This document shows positions 47,701 to 62,504 of a stretch of 64,000 nt of DNA, one piece after another. A model generated the notes under the pieces. The model had not been told where the DNA came from, made no database searches, and saw only the letters and a program-made list of their open reading frames with translations. A program made the position numbers and the translations under genes. Location: contig NC_134026.1 in the NCBI RefSeq assembly GCF_964204645.1, forward strand, positions 22,416,150 through 22,480,149, in the 5' to 3' direction. The stretch is from Tubulanus polymorphus. Taxonomy: Eukaryota; Animalia; Nemertea. The first letter of the stretch is position 1, and each line of letters begins with the position of its first letter.

Positions 47701-50700
47701 ATGGACAACAATCCGGCCCTCTTACCGACGCAATACCGTTAACAACAACTATACTGACAATGGAAGTCTTGAAAATTGTCATTCCAGAAGTCACATTGCT
47801 CGTTATATTTTAGCGGCACTAATAATCTACCATGGGATCGACGAGCTTTGTAAATTGACTGATCGCAGGATAATGGACAAGAGCTGACCTGTGTTTCGCC
47901 TGGGGGAAGTAGTATTATTCCCCTCGGCATGAAGAAGAGGTTAGCCCGGGTAAAGTCCTTTCCCGCTGCGTCCACGAAGTCTTTCGGAATGTATCGAGTG
48001 GTACGACATTGCTTTAGTGTTTCTAAAGGTCCGAGACTCGATTATGTCAGGTGATATACCCGAGTTAATGACCGTTCATAGAAAATCCAGAACGGTTAAA
48101 TGGCGATTGTCACCGGTAAATGCTTAACGATCACGGAGCAATGCATGCCGAGAAAAACCAATTAATTTCAAATACTGAATTCATTTCCCACTCGTTAATT
48201 TAAAGGTTAAGTGCAAGCAATACAAAACAACACGATATGAGATTCCTTTCTTCAATTCCCAGGCAACTTAACTCCTTAATTTCTAATCTGATACGAAATC
48301 AGAACTCTTGACTGGTAGAGGCGGGTACATCGGTAAGTTGCTCAAACCAAGAATAACATCCGTAGCAGATTCTGCTGTCCTATATGTAGATCAACAGTGT
48401 CTTGGAAAAATGCTTTTGAAAGGGAAATTTTCAGCGAGAATAATGCGGAATTGATTGCACTACAAATTGTGGGTATAGCGTGCGTGAATGGAAAAATCAA
48501 TGTGGCACACCAGTCTATATAAGAGGAGAGCACTCCATTATTTCAACGAGAGCCAATAAGTTTTATTTCACGAGGACTTTAGAAACGCATCGATGCCTGC
48601 AACGATCGATGGATTAGCGAGATTAAATCCAAAACGTAAGAGTCTTTTGTATTAAAATGTCAATAAAACACAACTTAAGCCTCTGTCAGATTTATTAATA
48701 ATGATTTTCTGTTCGCCGGCTAAACAGAGATTTCAAACAGGGCGCGTGTTTCTCACGGATTGCTGTTTGTGGCTCACGTATACGCCAGACTTCGCCGGGA
48801 AATGAAATTACGAATTACAAAAGCTGGTCATGCATTTTATTTCCTATTTTTCTAAGGATTTGCTAGTTACACATGATGTCTGTGATTGTAATAAAACCGG
48901 CGCTTTATGAGGCAATAAATTTCTTGAATATATCGGTGATGAGTTTGCACCTGTGGCATTTTCCGCGCACGACTCTACGCCGAGGCGAGACGAGACCAGA
49001 AATTGTTTTTATTTAGCCAACGGAGCTTGTAATTGGCGTAGTAAAACCCAAAAAGTGCGAATCGATGGTATGGCCGTTGTATTGTTTTCACCAGCAAACT
49101 ATCTGGTCCACGAATGTTTATACTTTCTATGCTGGCTTTTTCCAGTGAGAAATATGATAAAACTTATGAGCCCTCACCCGCACTAACTTTTCTTACTGAA
49201 AACCTCGGAAATTGTATCCTTGTATCAAAACAGTTCGATATTCCCCTATGCAGACTTACAACTTTGAAGAAACGCTAGCGACGAAAAGGCCGATGATGTG
49301 CCTTATTCTTTCGTATCAATTTACGAATCATATCGAATTGATTAATACTGACAACAGCACGTCTATTAACCAGGGGCAAAATTTTACGAAGGTTTCGTGG
49401 ACAAAGGCAATCCTCGTAACCCAATCCGGAGTTAGCATGCCTAAACGTTTTCCTGAATAGGATTGGAATTAATTTTTGGTGAACGATGCGTTGAAATGAT
49501 AGCCTTCGCTAGTCCTCAATGCCGAAATCATAAATTTTAGACAGAAGATGAGACACTCTAATTTTCAGTCTATACTTTAATTATCCAATGCTGTTTAAAA
49601 TTCAGAATTGCTCGTAGCAAAAATGTGATCCAACTTTTGAGATGCGGTCGTTAAAACAACAGGTGTCCGTCTTTAGATCAGCTCGTACTTATTGTACATC
49701 ACAGACGGCTGCCGCGATACAACCATTCAGATATTGGTTTTCTAATGGTTTGGGGCAGATTTTCTGTTTCAAGCGAATTCCATGTAAAGAGCTGAAGGGC
49801 CAATTTGTCAGCCACCGATGACTCTTCATCTAAACGCGCGCAGAAAGATATACTCGAGCAAACTCGGCGAGAAAGTGATGACGACAGATGGCGCGATCAA
49901 GGTACAAGTAACACTTTAATTGACAGCAAGAGCGGTAAACCCGTTTGTTATCATTTTGAAGCGATAATTAAGAGCGGCGACATGGGTACGCTTGACCACA
50001 TTATCAACACCAAAAAGCGATCAATATCACACCCTCTCGTCGAAAAATCTGAAAAAAATTGATACTAACGCTTTGAACCGATTAAGAATAGATCTGTATC
50101 GAAGAGTGTCGTCTACAAATGTGTTTTCGACCCGAACCGTATGTTTGAAAATTGTATCACATATTGTCGTTCGGTGAAATCCCTTTTGTACCGAATGGTT
50201 ATCAGTTTGAACAAAAAATTTCGATCTTCACATCCGAAGTTTTCAGAAAAGAAGTAACCGGAGCCCCGGATTCTATCGAATGCCACTGTATTGTAACTCT
50301 TATAGATTTTCCCTTCAGAACGATATTACGAATTGGTTTACACAGTGATTAATTCGTTCGTACCGAAGATATACTCGCTATTATCCTATCTTTTTTGCAA
50401 GAGTGTTTTAATAAATCTGGCGGTTTGTGTCATTTGTAACACAATATTGCAATCACCTCGATCCACATGTTGCCTTTCCCATTCCAAAAAGAGTTATTCA
50501 ATCTAATGAAGTCATTAATATCGTGTCGATATATACCGTCGACAAAAAACCACCGCTGTTAACTGCTGGCATTGGACGCCTATAGAGTCTAGTCACATTA
50601 ATTTATTGCCAAACGATCGATTTGTCTTTGATAATCAATCGTGCGAACAATCTCTACTTCATCGACTATAAATTCACTATCGTCAGCTCGTTGATTGTCG

Positions 50701-52574
50701 ATAATTATATGGATACTGTAGAATATTTACCAAAGAACACCAACTTACACATGGCTGGAAGCCTGTGTCAGATAAGGGGATAAATAATCTCTGATTGTCG
50801 GTGCACCTATCCATGGCATAGAAGACTCATGGTGGGAGCTGATGACAGGGAGACTGGGTTTAGATCCATCCGAATTTGTCAGTAATATTCGGCATGAGTG
50901 CAGCCCCCACTCGAGAGTGATGTATGGATGCATCTAAGTTATACATTAGGCGAATAAAGGTCTTTGAGAAAAGTATTTCCTTCTTAAAGTCAGCAGATGA
51001 ACATCTGACCGCATTTATCGCTTGAATTGCGACCAGGTGCAATCGTTGCCAGTGATTGCTGTATATATTATAAAATATCATAGATGATTATAATATTTCA
51101 TATGCTGTACAATTGGTTTCGATCATAAGAGGCACTTTCGCCGGCGGCGTTATCCTCGGTCACCTGTCAAATACCTATTTTACAATGACTTCTCATATGT
51201 TAGATTAGAAAAGTTAATATAGTCGAGCGAAGTTCACGAAAGATTAACGGTCAGATTTGTAAGCGCGGACAATTTTATCCAGGTTTTAGACAGAATACCC
51301 CTATGATTCAAAGTGTCAGAATTGCATAGATCTTTACCGGCGGACCGTGGTCGTAATTAAACGGTCATACCTTCGACAGTACTTGACTATTCAAAACGGG
51401 ATTTAGGGCTAATTATCACCGCCGATTTAACATAATAGAAATCATACTTCACCGTGATAATAGATATACGACGCACACACTGTAAAACGTTAGACACTAG
51501 AATAATCATATTGCAAATAATTCAGGCCTTCTATGAACCGAAGAAAAGTCATTTTCGGGTGAATATGCGCATACAAAAGGTCGTCAGACCAAACTGAAGA
51601 GTTTATTTTAAATTTCTCCGTTTAGTCACAGAAATGAAATATAAATTCGGTCCCCAAAAACCCTTGGTTCCCGATCCCCTATACGCGTTATCAATTCCTG
51701 TGAAGTAATGAGACTATTTTTATGGGTATGTTAAGAAGTACATAATATATGAAGTTAAAGCATTTTCAGCCGGCGGGGTTGATCAGGAAACTTGTCCTTT
51801 GTCAAATTCCGGGCTCGTATTCAGTTCCTGGGCGTGTTTGACTAGTTGACATAATCCGGCTTTCGGTCTGATGTGGCGCTTTAACGTTTATTTGACAACT
51901 CATTTTCCCAAGGATTAAATACAAGTAGGCTTTTTATCAGCCACAATAGGCCGTATGTATCGAACATATTCACGTTCGCATTGAAATTTGTCAACTTCAA
52001 TAGTTGATACTGATTCGTCTTCAATGCGGCCCTGAATCGACGGCCGCTGGGTTTTTTCCGCCATGATTTTTCATTGTGTCTAAATGCGTAAGGATTTGAA
52101 CGTATTTTTACCTAGGCTAATGCGACTGTTATTCTAGCGCGCGTTTGAATGCTTTAACGATCGCGGGCTTCGGGTAGATTTGTATAGGTCCGACCAAGGG
52201 AAAAAACGTCACAGACAAATCAGAAATTTAAAGAAGATTTTACAATTATTGTTAAGTAATCCTGACAGTTTTGTCATGGGAAATTGTTTTCCGCAGTTTC
52301 TCATACGTATATACGTAATGTTAAATGCTCATCCACGTTATTTAACTTCGGGGTAAAGAATAATTACGAATCAAACATCGACTTTCAGAAAATATAAGTA
52401 CGCAAATAGAAATAAAACCCGGACAATCAGTTCTATTCGTACTTCAACTTCGCATTGAATTCATTAGAATAAGACAGAGATTTACGAATGGTTACGAGAT
52501 TGTAGGCCTTTTAGCCTTTATACGCGTATAATCATATAGTAACAACATTTAGTTTTTCTAAATTCCGAATAAAC

Positions 52575-52845
52575 CAGGCCCGTGCCGAGCTTTTCGAGGG
52601 ACAGTTCTATTTCAAGAAAAATGGCATTTTTCACGATAAAAGGGGCACTTTCCTATTGAAAAAGGATTGAATAAGATGTTTTTGATAACCTTAATTAAAA
52701 AAATGTCTTGTTTTTATGACGTCATTTAACAATAGCATATTTACAAGTTGTAAATTGTATCCAAATTTTGCGCAGGGTTTTGGAAGGAATTTTGAAAATT
52801 TTAGGGGTTTCGTTCGCCACCCCCGACCTCCTCCGCACAGGCCTG
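52575..52845. mobile_element. hAT-like non-autonomous DNA element remnant
   Basis: 11-bp TIRs (caggcccgtgc versus rc caggcctgtgc) and an internal aaaggggcacttt motif. No 8-bp TSD is recognisable. Confidence 0.5.
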
Positions 52846-55336
52846 AAAACGCCGATTAGCATATTTCATGCAGGAATGCGAAATGTGTCTGTATTTGACT
52901 CTGAAATCTATGTGTCCCACTGGTGTGCGTCATGGCACACCTGTGGGTCCTATTTGAAGAATCGTGACCCAGCGGATAGAGCAGCAATTATTCTAAATGT
53001 GAAACGAATCAACTTCATTTTATACACGCGTGGTAACAGGTATTGAGTAACCGAATCTATAAAACTTTTTAAAAAACGCGCTATCTGATGATCAGAACAT
53101 AGAAACACGCACTCGTAAAGTCTAGTGCAATTTCTAGAACATGGTCTATCGGTCACGAAAATCGTGCCATCACAATGATATAATACTTCCCCATTATTTC
53201 GCCGTCTCCCGAAAAATGATTTCGCGAGAAACCTCTCACCGAGCTGGTGTTTTTCCGTTAAATATTCGAAAAGTCATTAAATGGACGCATAATTGCGGCG
53301 ACTCGGGCTAGAATTGCGTCAAAAGCAAATAGGAATCGTGTGACTATTTGCGCAGGTGGAGCAGCGAAAGTCGCAATACGAACACTGTTCCGTCTCAATA
53401 CGCAGATGGTCTCATTGCATTGCAGTTAGAATTTGGGAAGAATATTGAATTAGGCACTCTACGAGAAGCAGCACTACCTAAATCGTTTTTTGCCTCGAGA
53501 ATGTTCACGCTAAGATCGCGGTGATCTCAATAGCATTTAGGATGTTGTTGCAAATCGTGTGATGACAATACTTAATGTTATCGTTATAAATCTATCTTCG
53601 AGTTAGAATTGGAATCAACCTTAAGGCTCTTTCTGGAGCATTGTGAAAGAAAGCAATTAGTAATTTCTATTCGTTTTAGTTGTTTTTGAACAGTTGAAAT
53701 TTAATCTGTTTGTTTTTGTGCATTTGGTCGTATGAATAATCATCTGCTAGAATCAATGTTATTCTTGATTCTCTTGATTCAGTCATCAGTTCTTTGTAAG
53801 ACGGAATTCAAACAATAGCTGACGTGGAATTCATATTTTCATTTCTTCGACAAACCAACTTCTTTAATCATCATGACAAATACTGGAAACCAAAAGCAAA
53901 TTCCAATTACTTTCGTCAGCGAGTTGAAACATGTCGTGAAGTGTATGGACTTGTTTCATTTTCACAAAATCAGCGAAACGACGGAATAACTCAATTCAGA
54001 CTAGTATTCAATTTGTTTTTTTTTTCTAATGAAACAAACATTGATGGACGAATATAATTTACGTTATATTTTTATTTGTATTCCTGCCTCATTCAAATAA
54101 GTGATAATGGGAACTAAATACTAAGTTCTACATCTGCTATCTGTAGTGATCGGGAAGCCGAGATGATAACCGGAAATGTACTTAATCAAATAAACACTTT
54201 GAACAGGAGAAATCAAGCATACAAATAAGTAGTCGTCGATTTGAATGTCCTCAGATGTGAAAATGTACTCGAATAGAATGAATTGACCGGCTGGAAACTA
54301 TTAGATTTCTTCTACCAAACATGACTGAACGGTCGCCTTGAGCCACTATAACCCCCAGGTCGGCAAGTTTGACTGTTATTCAAGTCAAGTGGTTGTACGA
54401 ATCTTGTACGAGGTGCGAATAGATCTCATTCTTATTTTGTTGGAAGGCAACTCGACACCGATTTCCAAAATGCCTCTAATACTCGTTATCGACCGGGCAG
54501 ATAGGCTTTAACATCCTCCCAGAGTTTGGTGTAACTAAAGCGACAATAACAACTCAAGATGACTGTCTCCCAAGTTTGCAACGGCTACTGATAATGGCTG
54601 TGTCAAAAATGTAGTATGTCCCAGCGCTTTTTTGTACTTTTAGATAACTTATAAGTTTAATAAATTTCGTTGAAGGCTTATTTCAATAATGCTCATACGA
54701 GGTGAAGAGGCAATAGTCCTTTTATTGTTTGACAAGCGAAGCCTAATTTTTTTTCACGAAATGTCACGACTCCATAGAAATGAGAAATAGATAGCTATTA
54801 TTTATAGAGATTTGCGACTACGACACGAGGTACTTGATGGCTGATTTTATGTCTACATATAACGGGGACATTGCGTTTTAGCTTTTGTTAAAAGCGAAAT
54901 ATTTTACAAGTTGAAATCACTTAAACGTGTTTATGAATATCTGCCCATTGTCACATCCGTCGCCGAAACATATCGAAATTGAATTTAGAATAAATCCTTT
55001 AGTAGAATATGAGTCAAGTGTAAATGTACGAATGAAAATATGTATTTTGGGCTCCATATATTCTCCTTCTTGTTCAATGAAATGAATTCAGGACGTCGAA
55101 CGCAGGAAAGCGGTGTTACCTGCTGTAACCAAGGCAAGAATTTGTTTTCATGATATAACAGGATTTATTGACTCCGTTGCAGTCAGAACAATGATCATTT
55201 TACCATTAAAGCCTACATGTTAAATATAGATAATTCACAAATAGAACTTATATACATGTGTTTACACTTACAAAATATTATGTCCTTTTTTACATTTCAT
55301 TACCAATCAGTAAATGATATTACCAATCAGTAAATG

Positions 55337-55565
<229 letters not shown>

Positions 55566-56319
55566 TCGGAAGACAATCTTTTATATAACTATTTACACTT
55601 TTCAAACATTTAATTTAAATGTATGTTACGTATTTAAATGTATGTTACGTATCTGAAATACTTGAAGTCATCACAAGACGAACTATTTTGCATCTGTGAT
55701 CCTTATATGGCTAAATGAATGGAACTAAAACCAATTCAAATGGAAGAACATTGATTTTTGTTGTCTCTCAATAATATTTTGATATACGAAATATATGAAA
55801 TGATTGCACTTGATCCCTTTTTACAAGCGACAAACAACACATGCTGAGAAGTGTTGGTCTCTTAATTTCTTGAAATTTACAACGTTATACCCTGTGACCC
55901 AGGTTTGAGTCTGAGACACTTCAGCCGTTTAATGCTGAAGAGTCATTTGAACAATTTATACATACGTATACATATTTCAAGGTCATGAAAGTGTGATTGT
56001 GCTCAAGTAAAGCATTCTTTTGAAACATAAGTTTCTAATGATGTTAGAAATAAGTCATCTCAGTAATAGAAATGTATCCACATATATAGCACTTTGACTT
56101 TTTTCATCCCGGTGTACTTATGAAGATCCATGTGAAATTAATAGCGGATTTGTGAAACCCATTGGATCCGCAAAGAACAAAAATATAAAATAATGTCCTA
56201 ATCTAACTGAACTGTAATGACATCAATAAAGCAAATATCAATATCTCAATGCAATTTTTGGCAGCACTTTCTGGAAAGACAAGATTTTCCGTCAAAGTTT
56301 TTTTTACGAACACCAGAAA

Positions 56320-59300
56320 TTAGAACTCCGTTGATTTGAACATGTCGACTATAAGTCTTTCAATCGGTATGGACCCAATTGTTTTACGGAAAAATAATTC
56401 CTCGATCGTAGATGTCGAGATGGCACGCAAAGACGGAAGTAGCAACAGAAGTTTACCGAATCGGAATGGCTGAGTTGGGTACGCCGTTTGAATGTATTTG
56501 TTCAGGGTGATCTGAGCTTGATCTTGAAGACTCGCCACCGCTTGAATATCTCTTAAGTCTTTTAATTCCGTCGAACTGTTGTTTTGGAACACTAAATAAA
56601 ACAGAAAAAGAAAATGCATGTTAAAGATTGAATTCTTTCTATTCCGGTTCTTCATTTACTGAGAAAAGAAATTAGTAAAATACCTGTTTTGAGCAAAACG
56701 ATGCCTTTCAGACATGCGTATTCTGTCGGATCGACTTGCATTGCCTTGAATTTAGTTAGAACCTCTTGAAACAGCCTCATCTCGCTTATGATTTGTATTA
56801 CTTTATCGGATGAAGAATGTTCCTTCGTGATACCTGTTCATTGAAAATGTCAAATGTAATTCCAAAATATATTCAATAAAATATTGGTCAATATCTTCTA
56901 AAGGGATCTGTTAGCCTTACCTGCTGCATCTAAAAGTGGTGTTACTTCTATTGGCATCTGAAATTGTGCAGCACTTAAAACGAATAGTTCCCTCCATCCT
57001 TCTTCTAGAAGTAGAGTTTGATCTCGCAACGGTAAACCGACAAATGCCGGGATACTTTTGGTCCATTTGACGTTCATGAACAGCAATCTAGCCGCTGCCT
57101 CGCAAATCGCCTCGGGTCTCGTGTTGATGTAAGTGGACATAATTTCATGCGGATACTAGAAATAAGGCAAGATTCGAAATGATTATTCAACAATATTTTA
57201 AGACATAAACTTGATATTTTTTGTCAAATTTAAACATGAATAGAATTAATACAATTAATACCTATGTATATATTCTTACCTTTGGAGTAGGTTGGCATAT
57301 GGATGGGGGAGGGGGTGCTGCTGATATAACTGGAGATGGAACTGTGCCTATCAAAGGTGACGATGGCTCCGAGACAGGCGGTTGTAGTCTTTCCAGGCCC
57401 ATCAGTGTCGTCGATGGAAAGTACGGTGACCGGAACGGCGTGTTCGCTACAGACATCATTGACGACAGTTCGGTCTGTTCTTTGAGGTACATGGCTACTT
57501 GTCGACGTATGGTTGAGTTGCGGGGGCCTCTTTCGTGTTGTACGGCTGAAGGCAGAAAAGAGAATGCGACTGTGCGTGTTAGACGTAATACGATCACACG
57601 CGTTTGAAACTAATGTCATTATTATTACTTTACAGATTATTTTGTTTCGTGCAAAGTATCCAGCCTACAAGAAATACATTTCAGCGGGTAAATCACTGCC
57701 GCGGGATTTTTTCGCGGTATTTCGATATTGAGCATATGCGCTCTCAGCGGATGCGATGCTGGTTTATTCGAGCTAATTTGTTATTAAACGCAGTTTTGTC
57801 TTTTTTCACAGTTGATTTCTAGTCAGGATAGGCACGTTAACCCCCCTCTGGTCATGAATTATGCTCGTTCGTTCATAGTCACATGCTCGACGACTACTAA
57901 AGACACTCCGAGTGCCCAGAGCAACAATTATGTCCCCGGTGAACAGTGGCTGTCAAATACCCCATTTCTTGATACAAAAACCACCGAGACGCCATTGACT
58001 ATAACTGGCCCAGTATCGTCGTTGACTGGTAGCTGACTTTGTGAATTAGCTGAGCGTTTACAAATCGACTCTCAACACCTGCAGGGCTTTTACGTTAAAC
58101 GGCGACATTGACGAATCCATGGGGGACTATAGAGATAATACCGGAATAGCTTGTTAAAAATCTTTGAGTCACGATTTTTAGTGTTGAAGTAATGCGTTTT
58201 CAAATTCAGGTTTGATTATTGTCTGTTGCTGACAAAAACTCCAGCGCAGTGGGGGTAGTGTTGATTTTGTGATTAATTCGCCGAGGTACTGAATTTCGAC
58301 TCTTTTTATGTACCGTATCATTCAAGATGTGTGCCCACCCACCACCCAGAGTAATTACACTGTAAAGCCATCAAGTAACGTTTTAAATATTGCCGGCATT
58401 AAGAAATCAACAATGAAATGTCCTGCTTTTCAAAATGAATGTGAATTTTAGTGAATGGTTTCGCTAGGGGTGTCATTTCTTTTCACGAAAAATTGTAGGC
58501 CAACAATTTTGCCGCTATCCGAAGAGTAAGTAGCGTTCGGAATATCGCCGAGGCCCCGATCTATAAAACAGGTCAGGTGCAGATCTTATCGGTTGTGCTT
58601 TCTTTCTGTTGATGTGTGAAAAGTCGGACCAATAATTTAGATCAGCTTTCGTTTTGAAAAGCTGCAGTTAGATGTGGCAGGCGATAATCAAAATGAAATC
58701 TGGCAAAACCGTTTTGTCCCGATCAAAGGAACGATGGTTAGCGAGGGTCGATTCAAGCGATGTCCAATTCGAGCCAATTATGCCGCATATTATATTAAGA
58801 ATACGAGCCTAAGGGTAACTTAAGCGGTCTAATAACCGGCTCTTTGGGTGCTGACGTGCTGGATTAGAAGGGGTAGTGTCGATCTGGCGCGGCCCGACGG
58901 GTAATTGTACCCTATTCATGTTTTCGGTGTCTTTTTGTCACTAAGTCAGAAGCTCCATATGCATTTAGAACAACATCTGACACATCGCACAAACAAGACA
59001 CGCAGTTTTTTTGACGAGGTTCCTCGGCTCGGCAAGAGATCGAGTGTTGGGTTACTCCGTAATTTGCTAATTTACACTTTGCACGGCTATTATTCAAATG
59101 AGACGCGGATAGCTGTTATTTTTCAATAACGGCAAAACACAATCCGCGCCGAATCTCGACGACAGGCACGGGAACGAGGCAAAGCATAAATTAGCCATTT
59201 ACCAGTTGAAAAACGCGAGATTCGGCGCTTTTAGTAACTGGTGCAAGTACACATAATCAAAAGAAGAATACTCACCATCTTTATTCATTCCAGCCTCCAC

Positions 59301-62112
59301 ACATTTCGTCAGACGACACGCTCTGCATTGATTACGATGAGTTTTATCCACTAAACAAGTTCCTTGTCCGCGTGACTTGCAGACATACTGACGATTACGA
59401 CGAATAGATCGCTGAAAAACGAAACATAAGAGCATTTGTTTAACAGGGATTTTGGAAGAAATCTACTTTACAAAAAAAAAACTAATATACGAAATATATA
59501 AGGATTAAATAATCAAAATGTTTACCTTGAAGAAGCCAGCGCATCTGCAAAAAACAGAAATACAGCGGATTAGAGCGGGTAATATTGTCAGATGTGCGAC
59601 ACTTATTAAGAATTAAACCATCAATTACAATTAGTTTCCCTTTATTCAATGTTTATTCTACTTTAAAGACTCGATTGTGCGAGGTGGTGACAATTCAATA
59701 AACGCTTGAAAATTAATCCGATCACTTGCACCCCCGTATCAGTCGACTGGTCTCCGAGATGGTGATGTAACCAGCTCGCATCCAGTGATGCAATCATTAA
59801 TATCTTCATAAAGGATACTTTTGTCAACTAATATGAACTAAACACACTGGGCCAAGCAGATTAGACCGCGAGATGGTCAGTTTGGATGGCTTCTTCACCT
59901 ATTGTTTAGTTGGTGGGTATCGAATTTAACATGTGGGGGTGATTTTTAATCTAGTAACTTATTTATAGACTCAGGTTAGCAACGATTTTTTGCTATAGAG
60001 AGATTCAAGTAGCCTTTATATTGATATAAGATTTCTACATATGAATAGTATTATGTCGATTCAATTCAAGGAGATAAGGACAGAAATATCTAGAATTGAA
60101 AATTAACTACGTCATGCCAGGGACTCTAAACGAAGAATCCATGGTCATAGAAATATGATAATTATATTATATTATATATAATCTATTTACGAGTTATTAT
60201 GTTATGCTTACCCATCGCAAGCGTAGATTCCATAGTGTTTACCAGACGAATGATCCTGACAAACCTTGCATGGAATGTCAACCAATATTCGACCTGAAAT
60301 AAGACCGATAATATATAATCATGTATCCTGAATTGATATCTAAAATAGACGAATTCTCATTAAAATTCGTGTAAACAAACATATCGTAAACTTGTGAAAT
60401 AAACGATAGAATATACATCATGAATATGAATCATGAATATGATAATATGATACGATTTATTTTCTCCGCAAAGAAAATTATGATTAACAAAATATAGTCC
60501 ATAAGAGGTTTCGATAGTTGGATGTTTTTAATAACATAACATAGAAATAATGAAGAAAATGTGTATATCTAGTTTTATCTTGAATAGATATATTCCCGCA
60601 CAATTGAAAAAGATATTTTTTTGTGGTCGCTTTTTCAATGGAGAAAAAGATTTATTCGCCTCTGTAAATGCGACCGAAAGAAAAACCAATCGATCAATTG
60701 ATAAAAAACTGGCTTCTTGAAGTTAAATACTTTTCAGTCACGAATCTTAGAATGGAACATGTGCTCGACTGTGATAACGTATTATCTGTTCATGAAATTG
60801 ACATGATTTTTCTAAAGGTGCGCGAATAAAGAAATAGACGTCCAACATTGTTGCCATCCGAGAATGTAAATATTTCATTTCCCGTAAAAATGCCTTCTTT
60901 CAGCGACTACAACGGACGCTTCGGAATCTACGATCGAAGCTATAGGTCACGTAGTGCTAGAGCTGGTTTACAATTATCACATCCCTTTTTTGATAATAAT
61001 AATAAGATCGTTCGACTTCAAAAACATGTTTTTCTAAATCGCGCAGTTTTTGATGGGTTACTTGACTACTGAATGGCGAATCTATAAGTCAAACTCGATG
61101 GGAAAATAAACATCGCAATCTAAAACCGGCACAATGGCCGATAGGATTTTTCACACGTATATACATTTACTGATTTCAATTTTTGAGTGATATGTAGATT
61201 TCCATCAAGAATACATCATAACTTTTGTCTAAGAATGTTTCTCCAACCACATGATTATTTCGTCACAACGAGTCTCACTTTGACTCTCAAGTCCAAAATC
61301 GATTCGACATTTGAAATAATTGATGAAAAAATTCAAATCAATTGAAGAGTTGAACGCCTCTGCGAAAACCAGCACAGAATCTATTGTTTTGAATCAAGTT
61401 TTATGCCGTTATGTATTGAACATATTTGAGAAACATAAACGTCTACATTTATGTTTCTCGAATATGTTCATAATAAAAATATACATACTACACAGGCAAA
61501 CTACAGGCGAAATACTTGACTCTGTTTCGGCTGCATTAACTAGGAATATCTTGTTGACCTTTTACTGACGACAATAAAACCGAGCAATTTTGGACAAATT
61601 CCCTGATTTAGTTTTGGCTATACGTCATTACCGTTTAAAAGTCAACAATCCCTGATTATTCTTGTACGTTAGTTCGAGTTCTATTCAATGAGTTACATGA
61701 GTTTCGTTGCAAAAAGGACTCGGTGAACAGTTACCCAACATAACCTAGTCGAACGAAAGTCGTACGAAGATGTTTCAAAATTCCTTTCATAGTAAAATGA
61801 TTAGTTATCAAATAAAACGTTCTAATATCTGAAGTCCATCTTAGATCTTGTATATAATTCTGATATATTATCATAACAAGCTTTAATTCTATATTCAAAA
61901 TTTAGATGATAGAGACTTTTAAATGATAATCCACTGCAAAATGCTACATCGCAAGATAGAACCTTGTTTAAGTGTCAAATATTTTCTTAAAAAAACGGTT
62001 TCAGAATAGGAATTTTCTTTCCACACCGATTAGAAAATCGGTTTGTTGAAGAATTATAGTGGAAGTTTTTTCAAAGTTACTTACTTGAAGTTGGTGGTGA
62101 CAGTTTGTTCAT
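56320..62112 (-). CDS. NR2E1: Nuclear receptor tailless/TLX, copy B (8 exons, ~395 aa)
   Basis: Exons: 62112-62085, 60293-60212, 59544-59526, 59411-59276, 57545-57280, 57155-56921, 56833-56684, 56591-56320. Translation: [51 protein letters not shown]...[19 protein letters not shown]...[11 protein letters not shown]...DMFKSTEF. Intron positions and phases match copy A. Confidence 0.95.
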
Positions 62113-62377
62113 ATCGATTCTCTTTGAAACGTCCAACATCAAAATGCAGTGAGATTTTTCAATTTGGTATACGTATTCCGAAGATGAATTAAAAAACGTT
62201 CTAATTCCACGAATTCTTAACGAGACCGCGACTGTCCCAGTCGAAGCCTGGTGCTATTGAAACGAAGTGTGAACTGAACAGGTCTTCATATAACCATACC
62301 CCGCGTGGCTTCATTTGGGTTTTGAAAGCCAACAGCTGATTGGTTATAGTTTCATAATGGAGGGAAAGGCCTCATAT

Positions 62378-62504
62378 TAATTGACAGTGGCTTCTTTTGC
62401 TATTGTCATTGTGTTTGTTGTTCACATAGCTTTCTATTGAAATAGTTGTCAATTGTTCCCACCCCACCAACTAAAAGTAATCATATTTGAATGACTTGCT
62501 CTAA
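62378..62504 (-). promoter_or_regulatory. Conserved upstream element of NR2E1 copy B
   Basis: Reverse-complement match to 26767-26893, with the identical core at 62436-62483 and AAGTCA on the minus strand at 62492-62497. A CCAAT box lies just downstream on the minus strand (~62339-62343). Confidence 0.75.

Noticed and set aside
36000-55300. Many 60-160 aa ORFs and scattered AAGTCA words in the spacer
   Set aside because: The ORFs show no recognisable domains or consistent exon chains. AAGTCA frequency looks compatible with chance in AT-rich DNA.
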